From Tubulanus polymorphus (Eukaryota; Animalia; Nemertea), in the NCBI RefSeq assembly GCF_964204645.1, contig NC_134030.1, forward strand, positions 15,562,110 to 15,626,109: a DNA stretch of 64,000 nt, in the 5' to 3' direction. Below the pieces are notes generated by a model. It saw only the letters and a program-made list of their open reading frames with translations. It did no database searches and was not told the origin of the DNA. The number at the start of each line of letters is the position of its first letter. Position 1 is the stretch's first letter. Positions 13,121-23,754 of this stretch are shown here, piece after piece. The position numbers and the translations under genes are program-made.

Positions 13121-13506
13121 ACTTATTTTCATTATTTAACATTAAAAATTATATCTCAGCAACAAATTTAGTGTATGGAAGACAATATAAAATTGATAAT
13201 ATTTCTATAATCAATCAAATATTATCAAATGAAGCATATTTAATTATTGAACTGATAGATAATGGAATCAAAAATCCTAACATATTTCATACAGTTTTAA
13301 ATCATAAAGGAACTTTAGATGAAAAAATGATAAATATTCTTGAAACTCCTTTCAATGATAGAAATGATGATTTAATACTTTCTAGAGGTTACAATAATTT
13401 GATTAACTTAAGAATTGATAAAAGACAATTATATTATTTAAATTTGATGATAAACCAATTATCTATAATGAAAATTCATCAAATATTGGTATTCAATGTG
13501 AATTAG
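12856..13506 (+). CDS. Zinc-finger protein whose N-terminus (two C2H2/U1-type fingers) is shared with pPolB through the TIR; probably frameshifted, with a further finger (LCNCGKYYTRSNKSHHLKSK) near 13597-13660
   Basis: First ~88 aa nearly identical to ORF 27785-; unique C-terminus. Confidence 0.7.
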   Translation: METNKYYCPTCNINIDKSQKARHNKTKTHLENKLKLEYEDDILETKLDELKNEKDTYKCDTCNQSFSDKRYFKEHLKSKSHIRNKNNDNLFSLFNIKNYISATNLVYGRQYKIDNISIINQILSNEAYLIIELIDNGIKNPNIFHTVLNHKGTLDEKMINILETPFNDRNDDLILSRGYNNLINLRIDKRQLYYLNLMINQLSIMKIHQILVFNVN

Positions 13507-13710
13507 ATAATAATAATTCTTATAAAGATATTGGAATTCAATGTAATTTAGATGATGAAATTGTTGCGCCTAAATATAATCCTAATGAAAGCGTTTTATG
13601 TAATTGTGGAAAATATTATACTCGAAGCAATAAATCACACCATCTTAAATCAAAATATCAAAATATAACTCCAAATATTAACCAATTTAGTAAAAAAATA
13701 CGTATAATAA

Positions 13711-14366
13711 ATGGAACCAGAACAACCACAAACTATCAATATTACAAATAACACTGGTGTTATAAATATATATTACAAGAAGTGTTCTAAATGTGAATTT
13801 GATAAATTAGCTTTAACAGAATTTAGTAAGCGTAAGATTAGCAAAGATGTTTTCAATATTGCTGTAAAACTTTTTTTAAACTATATACCAAACAATACCG
13901 AGAAGATAATATAGAACATTATAATTATTATATGGCAGAATATATGAGAGAAAGATATCAAACAGATCTTAATTTTAGATTGAAACAATGCTTAAGATCT
14001 AGATTAACACAATTATTCAACAAAGAAACGCATTCAGAAACACTATCTAATTTATTGGGTTGTTCAGATGAATTCTTAAAATCATGGATAATATTTCAAT
14101 TCGATGATAAAATGAATATAAATAATGATGGTAATTATTTTCATATTGATCATGTGTTGCCTATTTCTAAATTTGACATGAATGATGAATATGATAAAAA
14201 GTTAATTTGGAATTGGAAGAATTAAAGACCTCTTGAAAAGAAAGAAAATAAAATAAAATTTAATAAACTAGATTTACAGTTATATTTGGATCAATTAGAT
14301 AAAGCAAAGAAATTCATTGAATTATGGAATAATGATCAAAATAATGAACAATACGTTGAGTCTTAA
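13711..14366 (+). pseudogene. HNH endonuclease (large-DNA-virus/phage HIDH..P type) with N-terminal CxxC
   Basis: KKCSKC, LLGCS, FHIDHVLP...WNWKN*RPLEKKEN motifs; frameshift and premature stop. Confidence 0.7.
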
Positions 14367-14623
14367 ATGAGAGTTTGAAGAATAATAGAATTTAAATAAA
14401 ATATGATAAAAAAACAATAACTTTAACTGCTTGTGAATTCTATTATATGTTTAATATTTTCTTTTCAAAAAAGAATACTTTATATCACAAATAAAAAATA
14501 CTAAAAAACAATAACTAATACTAAAATTCTTTACCTTTTACTAAGCTAGTATTAATCTAAAGAGATACTGGTATCATTTTATAATACTTATAATATTTTT
14601 CTTATTAAATTTCTCTAATATAA

Positions 14624-15225
14624 ATGTCAAAGAAATCTAATAAGAATAATATTGATATTGAAAAGACATTAGATGATTTGGGTATAAGTGATAATAAAGA
14701 TACAGTTGTAACTAATTGTGCTCAAGTTAATTGTAATATAGATTATGAATACTATTTATATTGTAAACACCATCTAGAACTATTGATTGCCGGTGGAAAA
14801 ACTAAAGAGTTTTTAAATAGAATTATTACTTTTCAAGAATTAGACTCTATGAAACCCGATAAAGTAATAAAATATTTTAAGATTTTGGAGAGGCAAGATG
14901 AGCCCGAATAAATGATTCTATTTCAGATGGTATTGTCAAATGTTATTCTAAGTTATGTAACCAGTTAATACCAATTAATGATGAAAATAAATTATATAGT
15001 GATTTGAAAAATGACTATTTAGTTATGACTGAATTACAAAAATTGGTTGGTTATGCTTCATCTCAAATAGGATCGGTTATGACATTAATTTCTACTGGTG
15101 TCATAACATTTTCGAACATCAAGCCTATGGAATATAAATCAGGTAAGAACGAAACAGATGTACTACAACCAAACGTCGAAACAGAAAATGAATCAGAACA
15201 AAAATTAACTAAAATAAATGAGTGA
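14624..15225 (+). pseudogene. Conserved Maverick hypothetical protein (frameshifted; intact 201-aa homolog at 49588-50193)
   Basis: ORFs 14624-14911 and 15004-15225 align to one ORF in element C. Confidence 0.7.
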
Positions 15226-15577
15226 TAGCGTTAAGAAGAAGCCTAGATCCGAGAAACAAATTATATGGGCAAGAGAATTAGGTAAAAGATCTTCAGAATT
15301 AAAAAAAGCTAAGAAAAAGAAATTAACTGATATAAATGAATCACAGACTTTATCTGATATTGATTCAAATAATAATCCATCTAATTCTTCTAATGCTGGA
15401 AGTAATTATAAATTATATATTACAATTGGATCAGTAACAGTTATTATATTATCCGGCGTAATATATAAATCAAAATTCAAATCTGATGATAAAGATGATT
15501 CAAATGATAATAAACCTATTATACCAGAAAATAAGTCAAATCATAAAGTCATTGAAACTAAATCTAAATTATTATTA
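15218..15577 (+). CDS. Basic protein with one predicted transmembrane helix, in frame with the integrase in this copy
   Basis: Lys-rich N-terminus, hydrophobic LYITIGSVTVIILSGVIY; ATAAATG start; degraded homolog at 49238-49595. Confidence 0.55.
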
Positions 15578-16717
15578 ATGGATAAAAATAAGATGAAAAA
15601 AGAACAATATTTAAGAGAGTTATATTACAACCCAGAGAGTGAAGTATCATATTCTAACGTTTCAGAATTATGGAATAAAATTAAATCTGATAATGAAAAT
15701 GGTGCCGTACGGCACCCACATGGTGATATAAAATATAGTGAATTAAGATTATGGTTACAAAATCAACCAACATATCAAATCCACAAGAAAATGGATAAAA
15801 CTTATTTAACAAGGAAAGTTATGGTTTCATATATCGATCAACAATGGCAAGCAGATTTAATTGATATGAAGAACTTAGAGGAATACAACAAAGGATATTT
15901 CTGGATACTGAATGTTATAGACATATTCAGTAGATACGCATGGTCAATTCCAATCAAAAATAAAACTGGTATAGAATTGACAAATGCTTTTAAATCAATA
16001 TTTAAAGAAGCTATTCCAGATAAGATACAATTTGATGGAGGTAAAGAATTTTATAACAAACATTTTAAAAAACTATTATCTGATAACGATGTAGATTATT
16101 TTTCAACACATTCAGATAAAAAAGCATCTATTATAGAAAGATTTAATAAAACATTGAAAACTAGAATGTGGAAATATTTTACTGCTAATGAAACATAGAA
16201 ATATATCGATGAGTCTAAAAATATATTAGATGATTTAGTGAAAGGTTATAATAATTCTAAACATTCAAGTATTGGTATGAAACCTATACAAGCTAGAAAA
16301 GAAGATAATTCGGAAATAGTTTGGAATAATTTATATGGAGCGTTTGTTACACATGATTTCGGCGAACCTAAATTTAAAATTGGACAACACGTAAGAATAT
16401 CTAAATATAGAAAAACATTTTATAAAGGTTATACCCCAAATTTTACTGAAGAAATATTCAAGATTAAAAAGATAATATTAACTAAACCTTTTGTTTATAA
16501 ATTAGAAGATCTAAAAGATGAAGAAATATTAGGTTATTTCTATGAACAAGAATTATCACTTGTACCAAATCCAGATGAAATAGAATACAAAATAGAAAAA
16601 GTATTGAAAACAAAAACTCTTAAAGGAAAAAAGTATTCTTTGGTGAAATATAAAGGATACGATGATAAATTTAATGAATGGATTTTATCTAGTAAAATTA
16701 AAAGAATAAATGAATAA
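15578..16717 (+). pseudogene. int: Retroviral-like (rve/DDE) integrase with C-terminal chromodomain; premature stop at 16196-16198
   Basis: WQADLIDM, IDIFSRYAW, QFDGGKEF, IERFNKTLK; C-terminal YKIEKVL...LVKYKGYDDKFNEWI. Confidence 0.93.
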
Positions 16718-17276
16718 AGATTTATTTATATTTGAACCGCATAAAATGTTAGTTACTGGAGTAACAAACTGTGGTAAAACACATTTCATATTAGACTTGT
16801 TAGATACTATTTATAAGAATCATTTTGATAATATAATATTATTCTGCCCCACTTATGAAATGAATAAAACATATAATAGAGATATAGTTAAGATGAAAAA
16901 GTTTATTATATTAGATCCTAAAACAGTAAAAGAAAATTTAGATAATTGTATAAAAATAGCAATTGATACTTATAAAGGATCAAATACATTATTCATTATA
17001 GATGATTGCGCTAATTTACATGATTCAAAAGTGAGAGAAAGTGAGTTATGTTATCTAGCTTTCTCTGGGAGACATTTTGGGATAACAACATGGGTTTTAA
17101 ATCAAAAATATAATTCAATTGTTAAAGACTTTAGGGAGAATATAAGATTTCTAGTTTTATTTTATAACAAAGATAGAAAATGTATGCAACAATCATTGGA
17201 AGAAAATCAAATTATACCTACTGAGTTACATGATGTTCTAAAATCTAACCATAATGCATATTTATTACCGGTATAA
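16710..17276 (+). pseudogene. A32/FtsK-like packaging ATPase, 3'-truncated by a deletion
   Basis: Walker A GVTNCGKT, Walker B FIIDD, GRH motif; diverges from the element C copy after ~17233. Confidence 0.88.
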
Positions 17277-18308
17277 TAATAAATTTGATTAATGTTACAA
17301 TTTTCAGATGATTTTACTTTTTCATTCATAAAATGTTTTCTAATTTCTGGCCATTGATCAATCATTCTCATTCCTTGACAAAATATTTTATTTGCTATTC
17401 CTTCGATAGTTATTTCTACTTTTGTTATTTCAGGATTATAATAATTATCAACATTTATTGCGCCATTAGTATATGTTGCAATGGTAAAAAATATTAATAT
17501 GCCTTTAATAGATCTCCTTGGGAAGTTAATATTCTCATTAATTATTTCATCATTTGCATTAATAGTTACGGTTTTAAATTTATCAATATAATCATATAAT
17601 AATGAAAATCCTTGATTGTATTGAGTTTGAATTATACTTGAAATATTTTCATCAGTTACTGTGTCATATTCTAAACATATATTCGATAATTTATAACCCA
17701 TATCTTTAACAACGCTAGATATTACAATTTCATTTACAGGAGCAAATGTTATTTCGAATATAACGTCTTCTTGAATTGCATATTTATATAAAGGCGCATC
17801 ATTATTTATCAATTCAAAGTCTAATGGAATTTTATATTTGCTTCCATAAATCTTTTTTATCAAATTATCTGCGGTACGAGTTACTATTGCGTCATTAGCT
17901 CCTGATCTTAATTTATTATGGTTTTCTGATTGGATTCCTTGAAATATCGTATTATTTCTATTTTCTTTAGTTAACCATTAATCTTTATAATGCATAAATA
18001 AATTATAATCATCTAATGAGAAAACTGTTTCTGGACCAATCTTTATAGTTAATTTTTTAATCAAATATCTCCCAACATTATCAACAACATAATTATTATT
18101 ATTACCGATTACTTTTATATCGGCTGATAAATAAATACTATTTGGAACATAAAAAAGTATTTTGTGTTAATCTAGGAATTCTAACATATAAAGTTTCATC
18201 GGGATTAATATTAGAAGGATTATGAGTAATTATATGATGTGATCTTTCTGCTTTAATAGCATTAGATATTCTAGAAATCTTAGAAGGACTTATATAACTC
18301 CCACTCAT
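17207..18308 (-). pseudogene. Major capsid protein (double jelly-roll), frameshifted and 3'-truncated
   Basis: Colinear with 45272-46518; position and size in a Polinton gene set; beta-rich composition. Confidence 0.72.
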
Positions 18309-18328
18309 TTATTTAACAAAAAAATTAA

Positions 18329-19801
18329 TTATTTATTTTTTATTATTTTTTCTTGATATCTTTTTGATATCATATTCACTAACCCAAAAAAAATAGCACT
18401 TACAACTGTAATTAAAAATAAAATAATATGTTCAGCAGCAAAGTTAATAATGTTTCCTGCAGATTTCAATATAAAACCAACAATTGATGCAATAATTCCT
18501 GGTAATGCTGCAGCAGATTTTTTAGATAGTTCCCATAAATATTTTGCTAATTTCTTTAAACCATCCTTAACTTTATCTTGTATATAATTATTGTCATTCG
18601 GGGGTTTATCTGGTTTATTGGGAGTAGGAGTGGATTTCAGTGAATTTGATATTGCTAAACCTATTGTTGTAAATACCATAGTTACAGCTGTTAGAATTGA
18701 AAGAATTGTTATTCCTTCTAATTTAAATAATAACTTTATTCTATCTTTCAATGATATTTTAGAATTTGGTTTTAATAGATATCTTTTAAAAACATCTTTT
18801 AATCTTTTAAAATTATTACCAAATTCTTTTAATAATATATCTCTTTCACCTTTCAGTACTTCTAAATTATCTTTTAAATTATTAATTTTTTTAATTTTAA
18901 ATTATAAATTTTTTTAAACGCGATTCTTTTTGTCTATGTTCCATTTCATCAATTACTTGACGATCAAGACCAGACTTTAATTGTTCTATTTCTTTATTTT
19001 TATCAGTTAATTCTTTTTCTAAATTGTTAATTTTAATATCTCTTATACTTTTATTATGTGCAATTTTATCAGCTTCATTTCTTATACTAATAATTTCTCT
19101 AATTGCTTCATCAGAAAATATATTTAAATCTTCTAATTCTTGATCTGTTGCATCAAGTAATCCATTCGGTAAAAGTTTTTCAGTTTGAACTTCTCTTGAA
19201 TTAGGTTTACTAGTTTTGGAATTAATAACTTCTTTAGGAATTTTTTTTGTCTTAAATTTTCATTAATTATCTTAAAAAATTTAGCATTTCTTTGTTTAAA
19301 TTCTCTTCTATTATCAACTATCTCTTTTTCTGTAACATCAGTTATAACATCATTAATGATTTTCTTAATTCTATCTGGTTTAAATAAATTAAAAGTTGAT
19401 TGTGTTATTATTTTATCGTTACTTTTAAGATTTGAAATCTTAAAATAATAGTCGCCTTTCAATTTCCAATAATAATCACCATTAAAATATTTCAAATCTT
19501 TTACTAAATAATTCATACCTTTATTTGTTATATTGAAACCAGATCTTTTAAACATTGGTTTAAATTCATGAATAATTTCATTATATTTGTATTCTTTTTC
19601 TGTTATTTCTGGTACTTCATTTTCAATACTTATCTTTGAACGTGTTTTATCAATATATGGAGGTGTATTTAAATTAGAATTACGTCCTGGCTCATTACCG
19701 TCATTAAAACTTGTTTCATTAAAATCAGGTTGTTGTTCATCACTTATACCAGGTTCATCTAAAGGATCCAATGGAAAACCTTCTCCACCTTCTACATGCA
19801 T
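18329..19801 (-). pseudogene. Coiled-coil protein with C-terminal transmembrane helices (homolog 43999-45251)
   Basis: ORFs 19133-19801 and 18329-18751; C-terminal ~130 aa nearly identical to the element C copy. Confidence 0.65.
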
Positions 19802-19817
19802 TTATTTAATAAAGAAA

Positions 19818-21137
19818 TTAAAATTTAAAATATAATATTCCTCCGATTACAATTCCTATACAAGTTAAAGCTAATTTAGCATTTTCATGGGATTTATTAT
19901 CATCATTTAGTTTAATTATACCATGTTGAATAATATCAGTTCTAATATTTTCTGATGTATTGTAATCTTTTTATTTTAGAATCATTATTTAATTTGATAT
20001 TATTAGTTTTAGTTTCTGTTGATTGAATATGTTTTATATTTTTTTCACCTTCCATTAATTTTGGAGCAGTGATAATCTTTTTATTTATATCATTCAATCC
20101 AAATGAATTATGTATTGTTGCAGTTTTAATTAGATTATTGTAACCAATTATGTTTCCCATCTTTAATACTAAATCATTAGAAATAATTAATAGATTAGGG
20201 CCTATACAATAATTTAATCTAATATGTGATTCATCTAAATAGTTTTGATATCTTACAATGTTTTCTGGAATCGATCTATTTTTATCATTATGAATTGAAT
20301 CTTCAAATAATACTTTAAATTGTTTCTGCGCATCAAATGAAGTGTTATCATTTCCAACTATTGGGGATCTTGTTTCAACTTGTGCACCTAGAATACATAT
20401 CAAATAAGTTCTAATAGATTGATTTATTCTTTGTATACCAGCTTTAGTAAAACCTTCACTATTTTCTAAAATGAAATTAACCCAACCATTATTGTTTTGT
20501 TGTTGTATATTATTATAATATTTTGGTAATTCATTCCAATTTAGTGTTCTTATATCTGAATTTTTTCCAAATTCTTTAGTATATAATATTCCTAATCCAC
20601 CCATTGTTCCAATTTTTGCTCTAAAATCTTTATTTAAAATTAATATCAAATTCATTACATATTTTATAAAACTTAGAAAAATTAATATTATTATTCAATT
20701 CTTTAAAATATTTTGAACCTGGTAAATGACATTCTAATTCATCTAATATTAATTGTATTTGAAAATAAGTATGAAATCTAAAAAGTGATAACATCAATGG
20801 TAAACTTGGTTTGTTTAAATGATCATTCCAACTTATTCCACAACCTGTTGTTGCGCAATAAACAGCAAAATTTAATTGGTTCTGCCAATACTTCATATTA
20901 GATTTTAATAACCATTGTTTTGCCTCATTTAAATTTTTGAAATTAATTGTATACACATGAAATATATTTTCCACCTTTACATGGAAAATTATTACTTTCA
21001 GTAACATAAATATATAAATCAATTAATGAATTTAAAACTTCATTTCTATATGTAATATCTTTATTAAAATCTATTGCGGGAATATTATATTTAATTGATT
21101 TATTATATTGGAAAGCTTTTGGAAAACTATCTGCCAT
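19818..21137 (-). pseudogene. Conserved Maverick protein with KYWQNQLNFAVYCATTGCG motif and C-terminal TM anchor (438-aa homolog at 42667-43983)
   Basis: Three frameshifted ORF pieces align to the intact element C ORF. Confidence 0.7.
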
Positions 21138-21153
21138 TTATATAATTAAAAAA

Positions 21154-21588
21154 TTAATAATTTATTAATTCTTTTAATAATTTATCTTGTTCTTCAACTG
21201 TTATATGGCCATTTAGACTTATTATATAATCTAGTGTGTTCTTTAATTTATTAATTTCTTTTATATTAGTTTTAATTTTTTCTTTATCACTTTTTATATT
21301 TAATTTTGAACTTATACCAGTTTAAATACTTGAACTTAATCCTAATACACCAATTGATATAGCTAAAGGTGTTAATGGACTGAATATTGCTAGAAATGTT
21401 ATTACAGAACTAATTGTAACCGAACCACTTATAATCAAATAATATATAATTTTACTTTTTAAATATTTTTTCTTTTTTATCTTTAAGTCACTTTCAAATT
21501 CTAATATTTGTTTTTCTAAATATGTTTTTAATTTAGTTTTATTTATATCATGAGGAATAATATCAATATTATCAACTTTATCTTCCAT
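21154..21588 (-). pseudogene. Two-TM hypothetical protein (144-aa homolog at 42216-42650)
   Basis: Homology to the element C ORF; hydrophobic segments. Confidence 0.65.
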
Positions 21589-21606
21589 ATATTTAGAAAA
21601 AAATTA

Positions 21607-22000
21607 CTAATTAGTAAATTTATATGCTACAAATATAACAATAACAGTTCTGTTGTTCTTTACTTTGGGTATAATAATCTGATAATTTAGGTTTGTATAG
21701 ATGTAATTTTTCTTTATTTGTTACTGCGTTATATAAACTCATTGCATCATCAACTGATTGAAAATCTCTATGTGAAATCTTCTGATCATATAATTCCTTG
21801 TTAATATAATCCATATAGTTTTGTCTCTTTTCTCTATATTCTTCTGCTGCTTTATTGTATTTCTCTAATGCTAAGTGATGTCTTTTTTGTTCTGTTAATG
21901 ATCCATTTTTATCAATATGTTTAAATAAATAACCACCACCAGTAAATGCTAAATCGTTAACAATTTCCGATCCTATAATAGTTATAATTGCAGAAGCCAT
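21607..22000 (-). pseudogene. Membrane-associated hypothetical protein (MASAIITIIG...LAFTGGGYLF)
   Basis: Homologs at 41775-42197 and 58031-58444; small deletion near the 3' end. Confidence 0.65.
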
Positions 22001-22024
22001 TTATTTACTAAAATAATTACGCAT

Positions 22025-22246
22025 TTATATGGGAGGAATATATTTTTGTTTTTCTAAATAATCAATAGTTAAATTAGATAAACTAACTGCTAATGTTAAT
22101 TTTAAAATATCATTTATATCAAATCTATCAACATTAACACTTCCCATTTTAAATACTTTTTTTAATACCATTGAATAACCAACGGTTCCAACTGATAGTA
22201 ATTCTCCATTATATAATCCAGTTATTATCCACTTATTATCACTCAT
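22025..22246 (-). CDS. 73-aa hydrophobic hypothetical protein
   Basis: Near-identical intact ORF at 41529-41750; ATAAATG start. Confidence 0.7.
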   Translation of the reverse strand: MSDNKWIITGLYNGELLSVGTVGYSMVLKKVFKMGSVNVDRFDINDILKLTLAVSLSNLTIDYLEKQKYIPPI

Positions 22247-22585
22247 TTATTTATCAAAAAAATTACTATCATCAAAATATTTAGTTAACTTATTTATGAT
22301 TAATTCAACATTTATTTCATTACTAGTTTCATTTGTATATATTTCAATTATTATTTTTTTAATGTCATCGATGATAAAATCTTCATGTAATTCATAAAAT
22401 CTTAAAGATTCTCTAATTAAATTAGTAATCTTTTCTACATTTAAAGTTTCTTTATCTATTGTTGTTTCATTAGAAAATGTAATATTTTTGATATGTGTAA
22501 TTACATCATTAATGTTAAATTTCATTTCTTTCTCACGTTTAAAATCAAATCCAAAACATATACTCGGTCCAACAGTTATATTCAT
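22247..22585 (-). CDS. 112-aa hypothetical protein
   Basis: Homolog at 41171-41527; ATAAATG start. Confidence 0.65.
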   Translation of the reverse strand: MNITVGPSICFGFDFKREKEMKFNINDVITHIKNITFSNETTIDKETLNVEKITNLIRESLRFYELHEDFIIDDIKKIIIEIYTNETSNEINVELIINKLTKYFDDSNFFDK

Positions 22586-22658
22586 TTATATAGTGAAAAA
22601 AATTACTCTTTTCATCTTATAACTAATTCATATATTACAGGAAAGTTATTCAAATAAA

Positions 22659-23354
22659 TTAAATAACCATTATGATTTCTAATTTCAAATTATTGAAATG
22701 TGGAATACAAGGATTAAAATCACATTCAGCTAAATTATAATTTATTTGCGTTCCAAATTGTTTAACATTCTTCAATGGTAAAATGTTAAGTAAACCAGAA
22801 TTACAAGTTATATCTTTAGTTGCTTCAAATGTTTTTGGAGGATCGATTAAATTGCAATAAATATAAAAATGTGTAAAAGGTATTATATTTGAATTACCGT
22901 CTACGTTTCCTGTAACAGTTTGTGGTTTAATTCCTAACAGTTTAGCTAAAGGTTTCCTTACCATAAATGCATGTTTGCTTTCATCACCTAACTCTATTTT
23001 AATCTTATCAGAACTATCACTTTTTATAAATCTAATTGAAAATTTATCTTCACTTTCAAGTTTTAATCGTGCTTTCCGATTAATTTCTTGGGCTAATGTT
23101 TCTAAATTATATAACCCTGGTTTTAAAAAGAGATGAAACCATTTATCTACATTTCTAATATGAATTAAAAAGACTTTATGTTCGAGAGTTTTATCCGATA
23201 TATTATAAAAAGAATTACATAAACTTATATTAACTAATTTTAAATCTACACAATTCTTAAATTCTCTATCTAATTGTACTAGTAAATTATGAGATTTATA
23301 ATTTGTAAGTCTTCTTGAATCAACAAATATTCTGTATTCTTTTAATTCTACCAT
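22659..23354 (-). CDS. Minor capsid protein (penton, single jelly-roll), small 3' lesion
   Basis: IFVDSR, LVNISLCNSFYNI, PGLYN, LLGI, FYIYCNLI, LLNILP pattern typical of Polinton/virophage mCP. Confidence 0.7.
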   Translation of the reverse strand: MVELKEYRIFVDSRRLTNYKSHNLLVQLDREFKNCVDLKLVNISLCNSFYNISDKTLEHKVFLIHIRNVDKWFHLFLKPGLYNLETLAQEINRKARLKLESEDKFSIRFIKSDSSDKIKIELGDESKHAFMVRKPLAKLLGIKPQTVTGNVDGNSNIIPFTHFYIYCNLIDPPKTFEATKDITCNSGLLNILPLKNVKQFGTQINYNLAECDFNPCIPHFNNLKLEIIMVI

Positions 23355-23371
23355 TTATTTTACATATTTTC

Positions 23372-23725
23372 TTATTCGAAATCTATTTCATGGTGCCCTT
23401 TTTCATTCTTACCTTTGTATACGAAATAGAAATCACCAGAACATAATTCTTCTAGATCTTCACTTGATAATCTATGAAATCTATCGGGTAAATATGTTCT
23501 GAATTTATATGTATTTCCTTTTAATCCTTCATATTCTAAGTGTATAACTAATTTATCTCCATATTTGTTAGTAACTCTATCAATATTTGTAATTAGATAT
23601 TTCTTGTGGATTATTAATTCTTTTAACTTCTTAAATTTATAATCTACTGATTTGACATTTGAAGTATATTTTATTCTATCTAGAAATGATTTGTTGTTCT
23701 CACTGTGTGTTTGTTTACTCTCCAT
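23372..23725 (-). CDS. 117-aa hypothetical protein downstream of pPolB (possibly an OB-fold ssDNA-binding protein)
   Basis: Conserved in A, C and D; beta-strand pattern; function is inference only. Confidence 0.6.
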   Translation of the reverse strand: MESKQTHSENNKSFLDRIKYTSNVKSVDYKFKKLKELIIHKKYLITNIDRVTNKYGDKLVIHLEYEGLKGNTYKFRTYLPDRFHRLSSEDLEELCSGDFYFVYKGKNEKGHHEIDFE

Positions 23726-23754
23726 TTATAATACATATTTTTATTAAAATTTGA

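Noticed and set aside
18591-19835. Plus-strand ORFs 18591-18917 and 19587-19835 (likewise 24228, 31128, 32078, 34717, 44356, 44534, 46925, 47440, 62290)
   Set aside because: Antisense shadows of real Maverick genes.
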